The notes under the pieces are model-generated. The model saw only the letters and a list, made by a program, of their open reading frames with translations. It was not told the DNA's origin and did no database searches. The position numbers and the translations under genes were made by a program. DNA of 64,000 bases from an uncultured Actinomycetota bacterium (GTDB lineage Bacteria; Actinomycetota; Actinomycetes; Streptosporangiales; Streptosporangiaceae). Below, in pieces: positions 48,135 to 58,133 of this stretch (the first letter of the stretch is position 1; every line of letters starts with the position of its first letter). The stretch lies in NCBI GenBank assembly GCA_963822955.1, contig CAWGJS010000002.1:2295688-2359687 (forward strand). The letters are read 5' to 3'.

Positions 48135-50069
48135 ATGACAATTCCGGCCGTGACCGCCTCAGTGCCGCTGCTGGAGCCGCCCGGCTGGGCGGTGGCCGAG
48201 CGCGAGCTGCTCGACCTGCTGGACTACGCGTGGCGGCGGTTCGCTGCCGACTTCACCGGGCCAGACGGACGGCTGAACTACCGGCATCAGCTCACCTCCC
48301 GTGACGGGGCCGACGACTTCTACGAGACGTTCTTCAACTGGCCGCAGCTGTATCTGCTCGGCGGCGCCGATGACCTGCTGCCGCAAGCCGAGCGGCACTG
48401 GGAAGGGGTAACGGCGCAGCTCACCGAGCTCGGCTTGCTGTCCGGCGAGTACGAGCGCGGTTACGACTGGTTTCATCAGGGCGAGAGCCTGCTACTGCTG
48501 TACTTCCTGTGCATGGCTGCGCCCGCGCGGTGGCGCGACCGCGCGGCCAGGTTCGCTGAGCTGTATGTCAACCCGGCGCACGGCAACTATGACCCTGCGC
48601 ACCGGATCATCCGCCGGCCGCACAACGGATCGGACCCGGACCGCACCGGCCTGTTCGACGGGACCCACTATCCGTGGCTGCAGCACGAGGAGCGGCTGTA
48701 CGGGTTCCCGCTCGACTGGCTCGTGTCCGACGCTGCCCGGCCGCCGCGTCCGGCGGACCCGCGGTTGGCCGGCGAGATGACCGCCCGGCTCGGGGCCGGG
48801 GATACCGCCGTGAACCTGGCATCGGCCGGGCTGGTGCTGAACGCCTGGATCCTCACCGGAGATCCCCGCTACCGGGACTGGATCAGTGAGTATGTCGGAG
48901 CCTGGCGCGAGCGTGCGGCCGCGAACGGCGGAGTGATACCCGACAATGTCGGGCCGGACGGCGTAGTCGGCAGCCAGCTCGACGGCCGTTGGTACGGCGG
49001 TCACTACGGCTGGAGCTGGCCGCATGGCTGGTACAGCGTCGGCCAGGCAGCCGCGGTCGGTGCACTGGCGGCTGCCGCCGCCACTGATGACCAGTCGTTC
49101 CTGGACCTGGTGCGGCCCGCGCTCGACACCCTCATCGGCGAGGGGCTCGTGAAACCCTTCGCCGAGTCGGACTCCTCACTGCGGTCAAAGTGGTACCCGC
49201 AGCTGCGCGAGGATGTCGCGGTGCCGACCTTCCTGGTACCGTTCCGCCGCTCCGACCGCGGCTGGTTCGACTACAACCCGCTGATGCCCGCGGTGCCGGT
49301 GGCGCTGTGGCATCACAGCGGCGACCCCGCCGACCTGAGCAGGCTGGCGGACCTGCGGAAGCGATCCGGCTACGACTGGCGCACGGTCCGCCCGTTCCGC
49401 AGCAAGGAAGAGGCAGGCCACGAGGAACCCTGGCTCACCTTCCTGGCGGGCGAGCACCCCGCGTATCCGGAGCAGATCCTCGCCGCGGCACAGGCGCAGG
49501 TCCGGCACCGGCTCGCCCGCTGCCGGGCGTACCGGGACATTGACGTCGCCGAGCCCGACATCCATGTCTGGCAGCAGTGCAACCCCGTGGTCACCGAGGC
49601 CCTGGTGCAGCTGACCTGGGGCGGTCCCCAGGTGCTCTACAACGGCGGGATGCAGCAGGCCCGGGTGCGCTACTACGACGCTGAACGGCGCCGGCCCGGA
49701 CTGCCCGTCTCGGTGGCCGCGCTGGTGTCGGCCATCGACCCCGAAGCCACCGTCGTCGACCTGGTCAACCTCGACCCCGAGCGGGACCGCACGGTGATCA
49801 TTCAGTCCGGGGCCTTCGCCGAGCACACCATCGAGGGAGTCCGCTACACCGCGTGCCCGGACCCCACCTGGATCGGCGGGCTGTACGACTACGGCCACGC
49901 CGAGCCGGTCATAGCCTGCAAGCAGGCCGAGGTAGGCGGGCCATGGCTGACCGTGCGGCTGCCGGCCTCGACCCAGATCCGGGCGACCATGCGGCTCGGC
50001 CTGCGGACACAAGCGCCCTCCTACGCCACGCCATTTGACGGATCCGTGCCCGGTCAGAGCATGCCGTGA
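48135..50069 (+). CDS. uncharacterised 645-aa cytoplasmic protein (candidate novel carbohydrate-active enzyme)
   Basis: Intact frame, translationally coupled on both sides. No signal peptide. Trp/Tyr-rich motifs (GRWYGGHYGWSWPHGWY). No family recognised by eye. Confidence 0.6.
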   Translation: MTIPAVTASVPLLEPPGWAVAERELLDLLDYAWRRFAADFTGPDGRLNYRHQLTSRDGADDFYETFFNWPQLYLLGGADDLLPQAERHWEGVTAQLTELGLLSGEYERGYDWFHQGESLLLLYFLCMAAPARWRDRAARFAELYVNPAHGNYDPAHRIIRRPHNGSDPDRTGLFDGTHYPWLQHEERLYGFPLDWLVSDAARPPRPADPRLAGEMTARLGAGDTAVNLASAGLVLNAWILTGDPRYRDWISEYVGAWRERAAANGGVIPDNVGPDGVVGSQLDGRWYGGHYGWSWPHGWYSVGQAAAVGALAAAAATDDQSFLDLVRPALDTLIGEGLVKPFAESDSSLRSKWYPQLREDVAVPTFLVPFRRSDRGWFDYNPLMPAVPVALWHHSGDPADLSRLADLRKRSGYDWRTVRPFRSKEEAGHEEPWLTFLAGEHPAYPEQILAAAQAQVRHRLARCRAYRDIDVAEPDIHVWQQCNPVVTEALVQLTWGGPQVLYNGGMQQARVRYYDAERRRPGLPVSVAALVSAIDPEATVVDLVNLDPERDRTVIIQSGAFAEHTIEGVRYTACPDPTWIGGLYDYGHAEPVIACKQAEVGGPWLTVRLPASTQIRATMRLGLRTQAPSYATPFDGSVPGQSMP

Positions 50070-51013
50070 GGTACCGGACCCTCGGCAGATGCGGGCCGGC
50101 GATTTCCGAGCTGGGCTTCGGCGCGTCGCCGCTCGGCGGCATCTACGGCACCTTCGCGGAGCGGGACGGCATCGATGCCGTCCACTCAGCGCTCGACGCG
50201 GGAGTCAACTTCCTCGACGTCGCGCCGTATTACGGGCTTACCGTGGCGGAGACCATCCTCGGGAAGGCCCTGCGCGGCATCGACCGCGACGGTTACGTGC
50301 TGGCTACCAAGGTCGGCCGGTACGGCGACAATGTCTTCGACTTCTCCGCCGCACGAGTCGCGCGCAGCGTGCGCGAGAGCATGGGCCGGCTCGGAGTCCG
50401 GCACATCGACCTGATCCAGTGCCACGACGTCGAGTTCGGATCGCTGGACCAGATCGTCGAGGAGACAATCCCGGCGTTGCGCGCCCTCCGGGACTCCGGC
50501 CTGATCCGGTGGGTCGGAATAACGGGCTACCCCCTGCCCGCCCTGCTGCATATCGCCAGACGGGCAGGCGTCGACACCGTGATGTCGTACTGCCAGTACA
50601 CCCTGCAGGACCGGCGGCTCGCCGGCAGCGCCGCTCACTTCTCCGCGACCGGCGCGGCGATCATCAACGCATCCCCGCTCGCCATGGGAGAGCTCACCGG
50701 GCGCGGCGCGCCGCCCTGGCACCCGGCCCCGCGCCGGGTGCGCGACCTGTGTGCGCGCGCGGCCGCGCTCTGCCAGGAGCGCGGGACCAGCCTCGAAAAA
50801 ATTGCGCTGCAATTCTCGGTGACGACCAGTCCCTGCGTGACAACAGTCGTGGGCAGCGCCAGCTCAGCCAACATCCGCCGCGATGTCGCCTGGCTCAGTG
50901 AGCCGATCGATGCCGGCCTGCTCGGCGAGGTCGAAGCAGTGCTGGCGCCGGTTCGGGACGTGGGCTGGCTGAACGGCCGGCCCGAGAACCAGGATCCCGG
51001 CCGGGCGTCATGA
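50066..51013 (+). CDS. aldo/keto reductase (aldose 1-dehydrogenase-like)
   Basis: LGFGASPLGG...NFLDVAPYYG...TKVGR...IDLIQCHD. The GTG overlaps the preceding stop. Confidence 0.85.
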   Translation: MRYRTLGRCGPAISELGFGASPLGGIYGTFAERDGIDAVHSALDAGVNFLDVAPYYGLTVAETILGKALRGIDRDGYVLATKVGRYGDNVFDFSAARVARSVRESMGRLGVRHIDLIQCHDVEFGSLDQIVEETIPALRALRDSGLIRWVGITGYPLPALLHIARRAGVDTVMSYCQYTLQDRRLAGSAAHFSATGAAIINASPLAMGELTGRGAPPWHPAPRRVRDLCARAAALCQERGTSLEKIALQFSVTTSPCVTTVVGSASSANIRRDVAWLSEPIDAGLLGEVEAVLAPVRDVGWLNGRPENQDPGRAS

Positions 51014-51885
51014 CAGCGCACGTGCTGGACAGCCATCTGCACTTGATCGACCCCTCCCGCCTGGACTACCCATGGATCAAGCGCGGGGATGACCTGGACC
51101 AGGCGTGGCACCCGCCGCGATTCGCCGCCGAGGCCCTCCACGTCACGGCCGCGATCGTCGTCGAGGCCGGCGTCGCACCCGGCCGGGTGGGCCGCGAGAT
51201 CTCCTGGGTGCGCGCGGAAGCGGCACGGCATCCCTGGATCCGCGGCCTCGTGGCCCAGCTGCCGGTGGAGCAAGCCAGCGCCCTCACGGCCGGGCTCTCC
51301 GAGTTCCGCGGCGACGACCTGATCGCCGGGGTGCGCCGGAACCTGCAGGACGAGCCAGCCGGCTACCTCGCCGACGCTGGGCTGCGCGCGGGCGTCCGGC
51401 GGCTGGGCGCAGCCGGGATGCCGTTCGACGCATGCGTGCGGTCGTGGCAGCTCACCGAGCTCACCAAGCTGGCAGCTGCATGCCCGGGAACGGTCATCGT
51501 GCTGGACCACCTGGGCAAGCCGCGGTGCGGTACCGACCTCACGTCCTGGCACCGCGCAATAACCGCGCTCGCCGCCCTCCCGCACGTGCGCTGCAAGCTG
51601 TCCGGCCTCGCCACCGAAGCGGCGGCAGCTACCCGCGATGATCTAGTCGCAGCGCTGCGCGCTGCGCTGGACGCGTTCGGCGCCAGCCGCTGCCTGTACG
51701 GCGGCGACTGGCCGGTCTGCACGCTGGCGACCAGCCCCGACGCCTGGCTGGACGTGGTCCTAGCAGCACTGGATCATTCAGGCGCGAGCGCGACCGAACG
51801 CGAGGACGTGCTGACCCGGACCGCCCTCCGCACCTACCGGCTGCGCCCGATCACAGCGGCGCCGAGTAACGGAGCGAGGAGATGA
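51010..51885 (+). CDS. amidohydrolase_2 family protein (sugar lactonase-like)
   Basis: VLDSHLHLID...VVLDHLGKP...KLSGL...LYGGDWPV resembles L-fucono/rhamnono-lactonase-type amidohydrolases. Confidence 0.75.
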   Translation: MTAHVLDSHLHLIDPSRLDYPWIKRGDDLDQAWHPPRFAAEALHVTAAIVVEAGVAPGRVGREISWVRAEAARHPWIRGLVAQLPVEQASALTAGLSEFRGDDLIAGVRRNLQDEPAGYLADAGLRAGVRRLGAAGMPFDACVRSWQLTELTKLAAACPGTVIVLDHLGKPRCGTDLTSWHRAITALAALPHVRCKLSGLATEAAAATRDDLVAALRAALDAFGASRCLYGGDWPVCTLATSPDAWLDVVLAALDHSGASATEREDVLTRTALRTYRLRPITAAPSNGARR

Positions 51886-52994
51886 CGTCGCCGATTCCGG
51901 GATCGCATCCGCGCCAGGAGGCACGTCCGCAGGCCCGGCACGCCCAAGCGGAGACGGCTCGCGTTGTCTACGCGGGAGCCCGCACACTCCGCCTGGAGCC
52001 TGCAGACACGCAGCCCCCAGGCCCCGGACAGGTCCGGATCAACGTCGCCTATACCGGCATCTGCGGCACCGACCTGCACATCTACCACGGCGACATGGAC
52101 GGCCGGGTCAGCTGCCCGCAAGTCATCGGGCACGAGATGTCCGGGCGGATCGCCGAGGTGGGCGATGGCGTTGACAGCTGGCAGCCAGGTGATCCTGTGA
52201 CCGTGATGCCGCTGGACTGGTGTGGGACCTGCCCAGCCTGCCGCGCCGGGAACACGCACGTGTGCCACGAGCTGACCTTCCTCGGCATCGACGCAGCGGG
52301 CTCGATGCAAGGAAGCTGGACCGTTCCGGCCCGAACCCTGATCAGGCTCCCGGAACAGCTCGCCCTCGACCGCGCGGCGCTCGTCGAGCCGACCGCAGTC
52401 GCCGTGCACGACGTGCGTCGGGCCGGCCTGCGGCCCGAGGACAGGACACTGGTTGTCGGTGGAGGCCCGATCGGACTGCTGATCGCAAGCGTGGCCGCAC
52501 AGCAGGGCGCAGATCTGCGCCTCATTGAGCCCGATCCCTATCGCCGGGCGCTTGCGAGCGGACTCGGCTTCGCTTGCCTTGACACGGCAGACCCTGACCT
52601 GTCCGGGACGCTCGCGGACTGGAGCCTCGGAGCCGGAGCCGATGTTGCCTTCGAAGTGTCCGGGGCCGCGGCCGGCGTGACGACCGCTGTGGACGCACTG
52701 GCCGTCCGGGGCCGGCTCGTGCAGGTCGCCATCCACTCCGTACCGCGCGAGGTCAGCCTGCACCGGATCTTCTGGCGCGAGCTCACGCTCATCGGGGCGC
52801 GCCTCTATGACAAGGCGGACTTCGAGACTGCAGTGAAACTGGTCGCGGCGGCCCGTATTCCAGCGACTGCGCTGATCTCACGCGTCGAGCCGCTGGGCCG
52901 GGCCAGCCAGGCGTTCAGCGCGCTCGAGAGCGGGGCCGGCGTCATGAAGGTCCTGATCGACTGCCAAGCCGCGGAGGCCGACGGTGAGCGCTGA
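51882..52994 (+). CDS. zinc-dependent alcohol/polyol dehydrogenase (MDR family)
   Basis: GICGTDLHIYHG, GHEMSGRIAEVG, CGTCPACRAG and GGGPIGLL motifs. Confidence 0.85.
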   Translation: MTSPIPGSHPRQEARPQARHAQAETARVVYAGARTLRLEPADTQPPGPGQVRINVAYTGICGTDLHIYHGDMDGRVSCPQVIGHEMSGRIAEVGDGVDSWQPGDPVTVMPLDWCGTCPACRAGNTHVCHELTFLGIDAAGSMQGSWTVPARTLIRLPEQLALDRAALVEPTAVAVHDVRRAGLRPEDRTLVVGGGPIGLLIASVAAQQGADLRLIEPDPYRRALASGLGFACLDTADPDLSGTLADWSLGAGADVAFEVSGAAAGVTTAVDALAVRGRLVQVAIHSVPREVSLHRIFWRELTLIGARLYDKADFETAVKLVAAARIPATALISRVEPLGRASQAFSALESGAGVMKVLIDCQAAEADGER

Positions 52995-53796
52995 TGTCAG
53001 CTCGGACCGAGCCACCGATGCGATCCACGGGATGCCTGGCCTTTTCGACCTGACCGGGCAGACTGCAGTCGTCACTGGCGCCCGCCGCGGCATCGGGCTC
53101 GCCATAGCCGATGCGCTGGCGGCGGCCGGCGCGGACATCGTCGGTGTGAGCGCGCACATCGAGCCTGACGGCGGAGAGGTAGCGCGGCGGGTCCGCGCGC
53201 GTGGCCGGGACTGTTCAGTTTTGCGCGCGGACCTCGCGGACCGGTCAGCAGTAGCGGACCTAGCGGCCCGCCTGGCCGCGTGGCCCAGGCCAGTCGACAT
53301 CCTGGTCAACAACGCCGGCGCGATCGCCCGGGCACCGGCCGCACAGCACGCCGACGGCGACTGGGACCGCATCCTGCAGATCGACCTCACTAGCCAGTTC
53401 GTCCTGGCACGAGAACTCGGACGGGCAATGCTCGCCCGCGGAGGCGGAAAGATCGTGTTCCTCGCGTCGCTGCTCAGCTTCCAGGGCGGCATCAACGTGC
53501 CCAGCTACACCGCGGCGAAGTCCGGCATCGCCGGGCTGACCAGGGCACTGGCGAACGAATGGGCAGGCGGCGGGGTCAACGTCAACGCGATCGTTCCTGG
53601 CTATGTGGTGACGGACAACACGGCAGCGCTGCGCGATGACCCAGTCCGCAGCACCGCCATTCTTGAGCGCATCCCGGCGGGACGCTGGGCCGAGCCGGCT
53701 GACTTCGCCGGAGTGGCGGTCTTCCTGGCCTCGCACGCCTCCGACTATGTGCACGGTGCGCTCATCCCGGTTGACGGCGGGTGGCTGGGCCGGTGA
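52984..53796 (+). CDS. SDR oxidoreductase, KduD (2-dehydro-3-deoxy-D-gluconate 5-dehydrogenase)-like
   Basis: [38 protein letters not shown], ...[10 protein letters not shown]...VDGGWLGR. Confidence 0.8.
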   Translation: MSADVSSDRATDAIHGMPGLFDLTGQTAVVTGARRGIGLAIADALAAAGADIVGVSAHIEPDGGEVARRVRARGRDCSVLRADLADRSAVADLAARLAAWPRPVDILVNNAGAIARAPAAQHADGDWDRILQIDLTSQFVLARELGRAMLARGGGKIVFLASLLSFQGGINVPSYTAAKSGIAGLTRALANEWAGGGVNVNAIVPGYVVTDNTAALRDDPVRSTAILERIPAGRWAEPADFAGVAVFLASHASDYVHGALIPVDGGWLGR

Positions 53797-54673
53797 GCGG
53801 AACGCTATCCGGTCTGCTGGTCGCGGGTGTGGACTCCCCCACTCAGTCGACAAAGGTGCTGCTCTGCGGGCCGAGAACGGCGAAATCGTCGCGCAGGGCA
53901 GCGCCCCGCACCCGCCGGGCACCGAGTGCCATCCGCGTCACTGGTGGACTGCGCTTCAGCAGGCCGGGAACGGGCTGCTCGAGCAGGCGGCCGCGATCGC
54001 GATCGCCGGGCAGCAGCACGGCATGGTCGTGCTTGACGCCGACGATGAGGTTATCCGGCCTGCCCTGCTATGGAACGACCTGCGGTCGGCACCGCAGGCT
54101 GCAGCACTGGTTGCCGAGTTCGGCGGGCCCCGCTGGTGGGCGGAGCGGACCGGCAGCGTGCCCGGCGCGTCGTTCACCGTGACGAAGCTGCGCTGGCTCG
54201 CCGAGCACGAACCGCCGCCGCCCGGCGGGTATGCCGGGTCATGCTGCCGCACGACTGGCTAAGCGCGCGCTGGCAGCCGGGCCGGGCGCGGGTGGCATCA
54301 CGCTGCTGCCTTACCTCGATGGCGAGCGAACACCAGACCGGCCTGGCGCAACTGGCGTACTCACCGGCCTGACCACGTCGAACGCCACGCCGGACAACCT
54401 CGCCCGGACTGCATTCGAGGGAGTGCTCTGCTCACTGGCCGACGCCATCGACCTGCTCGACAACTGCGGCCTCACCATCCGGCGGGCATTGCTGATCGGC
54501 GGAGGCGCCCGGTCGGCAGGAATCCGCGAGATCGCCCCAGGCACCGCCACCCAGAGCACTTGGCCGTGGTGCCGGGAGTGGCCGGCGAAGCGACGCGGCA
54601 GCCTTTGGGCGCGGCTGACGTTGAAGACGCCAAAGACGAGCGTCCGGTCCGGGCTCCTGCGCCGACGCCGTAA
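53793..54673 (+). pseudogene. xylB: xylulokinase remnant (frameshifts plus large internal deletion)
   Basis: [17 protein letters not shown](fs)[15 protein letters not shown]...[10 protein letters not shown]...LLWNDLRS...VMLPHDWLS is joined directly to GGITLLPYLDGERTP...LLIGGGARS. About 200 central residues are missing. Confidence 0.65.
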
Positions 54674-54691
54674 AGGCCGAGCGGGTCGTGG

Positions 54692-55093
54692 CTAGCTGGG
54701 TGACTCGACGGCCAGGCCGTAAGCCTGCGCGGCGGCCGTGAGCCTGGCGTCGTAGGCGATCATGACGCCCAGGTCCTGGCCGATCTGCAGAGCGGATGCC
54801 AGGTGGATGGCGTCCAGCGTGCGCAGTTCGCCGGGTTCCAGGTCGGCGGCCCGGTCGAGCAGGGGCTCATCGATGCGGATCATGCTGACCGCGCGCAGCA
54901 GCCGCCGGGCCGCCGGAATCTGCCCGGTGTTGCCGGAGCGGCGAAGTGCCCGGATCGTCTCGGTGCGCAACAGGGTGGACGATGCGTGCTGCGGCCACCG
55001 GGCGATCGCGCGGCGCAGCGCCGGTGATTCCGGCTCGGCGACGATCAGCTTGACGAACGCCGAGCTGTCAAGGTAGGCGACAGGACCGGCCAA
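54692..55093 (-). CDS. vapC: PIN-domain toxin (VapC-like)
   Basis: AYLDSSAFVKLIV...TLDAIHLASAL...IAYDARL. Confidence 0.8.
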   Translation of the reverse strand: MAGPVAYLDSSAFVKLIVAEPESPALRRAIARWPQHASSTLLRTETIRALRRSGNTGQIPAARRLLRAVSMIRIDEPLLDRAADLEPGELRTLDAIHLASALQIGQDLGVMIAYDARLTAAAQAYGLAVESPS

Positions 55094-55095
55094 TC

Positions 55096-55377
55096 CTATT
55101 CGTCGGCCCTCAGCTCGGCCAGTGCCGCCGACGGCAGCATGCGGCCGGCCGGGGCTGCGGGCAGCGACAGTTCGTCGAGCAGGTCAAGCAGATCTGCTGC
55201 CGCCTGCGTAGCCCGGCCTTCGGCGGTCAGCTGATCGAGGGCACCCGGCCGCAGCGGGACGATCCGCGCGATCGGATGCCCGTGCTCGGTCACCTCCACC
55301 ACCTCACCCGCGACGACGCGTCTCAGCACCCGACTGGTTTGCTGCCGGAGCTCTCTTATGCCTACAGCGTGACTCAT
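55096..55377 (-). CDS. Phd/YefM-family antitoxin
   Basis: MSHAVGIRELRQQTSRVLRRVVAGEVVEVTEHGHPIARIVP. Confidence 0.8.
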   Translation of the reverse strand: MSHAVGIRELRQQTSRVLRRVVAGEVVEVTEHGHPIARIVPLRPGALDQLTAEGRATQAAADLLDLLDELSLPAAPAGRMLPSAALAELRADE

Positions 55378-55381
55378 AGTG

Positions 55382-55394
55382 GCTACACTGTAGC
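55382..55394. promoter_or_regulatory. 13-bp perfect palindrome GCTACAcTGTAGC immediately upstream of the antitoxin (candidate autoregulatory operator)
   Basis: Lies 5 nt upstream of the ATG at 55377. It overlaps a TACAGT -10-like hexamer on the minus strand. Confidence 0.45.
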
Positions 55395-55799
55395 ACATTC
55401 ATTCGGGGCAACGTCTCCGCCGGCCAGGGCCAGCCGCTGCCAGCCGACTGATCCGCCGCGGGGCAAGCCGGAGCGGTACGTGCTCCGATCCCAGAGCCCA
55501 GCCGGCCCACATTGGCGAGGTGGGGCTCGCCGGAAGGGGGCGCGCTCGAGGGATGCTGCGGGCAGCGCCAGCCGCACGAATAGTGGCTTCCCGGCCGGCC
55601 ACATGGCCGGTACACCGCGCCCGGCGGGCTGATGACACGGGTGCACGCAGGGATGCCGGGTACCAGGACTGAGCCGCGTTCGCGCGGATCATCCCACCGC
55701 CACGTGCCACCGTCGGGCGGAGGCGCCGACGGGAGTCCGCCGCCGGTCGCGTCATCGGCCCGGCCGCCGCGCGCCGCTGGCACCCAGTCTGCAAGCCGC

Positions 55800-56287
55800 G
55801 GATCCGGCGAGCATGCCCCCCGTCGCGTCGCCGCATTCGCAGCCGAGTCCCCGGCGGGCCGGATCGCCTCATGCGCCTCCTGGGCGCTCGCCGTCCTGGT
55901 CGGGGCAGGGCGGCGGTCAGCGTCGAGCAGCTGACCCGTTCCCGGCCCGCTGTCATCGCGGAGATTCCACTCCGTCCGCTGCCGCAATTCCCTTAATGGC
56001 GCGCAGCAACAGGCAGCGCAGTCATGACTCAGAGTGGGAGTGGGCGGCTGCCGAACGTCACTCTGCACGCCTCGCCGGGCCGAGGATTCTTCGAAGTCTG
56101 GCTGCTGGGCCGCGGCGGCGTGAAAATGATCTCCCTCGGAGATCTCAGCAGCGACCACGCCGGGACGTTCAGCATGCCGCCCGGCGTCAACCTCGCGTAC
56201 TACACCCGCATCGACATATCGCTGCGGCCTTTCAATGGCACCACCAGCCACTCCAAGATCAGCGTCGTCCCAGGCTCGCTGCCCTGA
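55800..56287 (+). pseudogene. anti-sigma-K (RskA-like) factor remnant with in-frame TAA
   Basis: A TM-like WALAVLVGAG is followed by ...VIAEIPLRPLPQFP*WRAATGSAV...GFFEVWLLGRGGVKMISLGDL...IDISLRPFNGTTSHSKISV. This resembles the RskA C-terminal domain. Confidence 0.4.
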
Positions 56288-56314
56288 CAGCCAGCCGGGC
56301 AGTGCCTATATCGG

Positions 56315-56755
56315 TCAGGCCGGGCCTGGCGCGGAGCGGTCAGCCGACCTGAACGCATCGCTTGACCGGCACCCTATGCCGCTGCGGTTTCGGGGGCGCA
56401 TCGCCTCCCGGCTGGCCGTGTGCCGGGCATGCGCCGGGCACAGGTGCAGGTACTGATCGGCGCCGGTGAGGCGGATCAGCCGCCGGGCAGCGGGAGGACA
56501 GCCGGTGATGAGCAACTGACGGCGATCCGCCTCCAGAAGATTGTGCGCCCAGATGAGCACCGACAGACCGCTGCAGTCGATGAACTCAAGGGCAGACAGG
56601 TCTAGCACCAGCGTCCGCGGGCACCGCTTGAAAGCGCTGCTGATGGCGGCGCGCAGGCCGTCCCGGCTGCACACGTCTAGTTCTCCCCGCAGTCGCAGGA
56701 CGCACGTGGTTCCCGATTGCTCATCGCAGATAGCCAGATAGTCCGAAGGGATCAT
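56315..56755 (-). CDS. STAS-domain anti-sigma-factor antagonist
   Basis: CVLRLRGELDVCSRDGLRAAI...LVLDLSALEFIDCSGLSVLI...LLITGCPPAARRLIRLTG. Confidence 0.75.
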   Translation of the reverse strand: MIPSDYLAICDEQSGTTCVLRLRGELDVCSRDGLRAAISSAFKRCPRTLVLDLSALEFIDCSGLSVLIWAHNLLEADRRQLLITGCPPAARRLIRLTGADQYLHLCPAHARHTASREAMRPRNRSGIGCRSSDAFRSADRSAPGPA

Positions 56756-57202
56756 GGTCACGCTTTCACGTTGGCGATGGAAGCGCCGGTCGTCGTCGGC
56801 GCCTGGACGGGCCTTGTGACTGGGGCAGGAGAAGCCAGCCCGATGCACGGTGCAAGCGGGCAGGGTCCGGGCAAACATCAGGCAGAAACCCGCGGGGGCC
56901 AACGGCCCTTTGGGACGACGCAGAGGCCGCTGCGGGCGTTGGGCCAGCACGGCGGGCCTGCGCAATAAGTTCGAGACGGCCGCGGCTGCGATAGCGCCGC
57001 ATCGGCCGGTCGCCGCCGGAATTCGGGTATGCCACAGATCGTCACCTCCTAGGTGCGATCCGCGGACACACGGCGGAACACGCGCAATGTACCGTCTCAC
57101 CCGGTATTCCGCAACACCGGGGTGCGCTACCGGACATCGACCTCGCAGCTCGCGAAGCGTCCCGGTGAGAGCCGGCGGCCCTCGCTGCTGCGGCCCGGTC
57201 GG

Positions 57203-58036
57203 TCAGTCCTGGAGAACCGAGCTCGCAGCCTCAACGCCCGGCAGGGCAGGCCGTCCCAGATCAGAAGGCTCAAGGTCGCCAGTGCGCTCATCGCTGGCCG
57301 GCCCCGTGCTCCCGCCGAGTATCTCGCCAGCCACGTCGGCCACCCGGCGCCGCAAATCGCGGGCCCGGCGCCGCAGCACATCGAAAGCCGTGACCGGGTC
57401 CAGTCCGTGGCGACCCATCAGGTAGCCGACCGCACGCTCGATGACCACTCGGTAATCCAGGGCGTACTGCAGCTGGTCGGCGAGCACGCCGCGGTCCTGC
57501 GCCGTGAGGGCGGCCGCCAGAACATCAGCGACCAGGCTGCTGTAAGCCGTCAGGGCGTTGATATCGGAGGTATCCCAGTCGACAGGCTCGTCCCGGTAGA
57601 CGTTCAGTGTGCCGACCGGGCTGCCGCCGAGCAGGACAGGGACTCCGGCTACCGCCCGGACGCTGCCCGACAGCCTCGAGGTCAGACCCGGCCATCGCTC
57701 ATCGGCGCACACATCGCTGCTCACGACCTCGCGCGCATACACATACGACTCGTAGCATGGCCCCTGTCCCGCGGCCGCCTGCGCCTCTTCGAGCTGGCGG
57801 CCGACCTCGTCGGAGGCAGCTACGTACGACAGGTAACCCGACTCGGTGACGAACATCACGCCTGCTCCGCTGTAGCCGAACACCGCGTGGACAGAGTCGA
57901 CCGTGCGTTTCAGCACGCCCGCGACATCGGCATCAGAAGCCGCCTCGCGTAGATGCTGCAGGCTAGACGACAGAGCCGACTCGTCAATGTGCACCGCCAC
58001 CACCCTTCCCGACCCGCTCATTGCGTCCGGAGCCAA
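57203..58036 (-). CDS. GAF + ANTAR domain RNA-binding regulator
   Basis: A GAF-like N-terminal half is followed by the ANTAR signature LQYALDYRVVIERAVGYLMGRHGLDPVTAFDVLRRRARDLRRRVADVA. Confidence 0.8.
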   Translation of the reverse strand: MAPDAMSGSGRVVAVHIDESALSSSLQHLREAASDADVAGVLKRTVDSVHAVFGYSGAGVMFVTESGYLSYVAASDEVGRQLEEAQAAAGQGPCYESYVYAREVVSSDVCADERWPGLTSRLSGSVRAVAGVPVLLGGSPVGTLNVYRDEPVDWDTSDINALTAYSSLVADVLAAALTAQDRGVLADQLQYALDYRVVIERAVGYLMGRHGLDPVTAFDVLRRRARDLRRRVADVAGEILGGSTGPASDERTGDLEPSDLGRPALPGVEAASSVLQD

Positions 58037-58133
58037 CGGCCAGGTCAGGGTACCCCGGATGCCTCAGTGACGGCGTCAGCTACGTCGGGCGCAGCCAGGA
58101 CTGTCGTGCCAGCCCGGCGGGTAGGCCAGCGTC

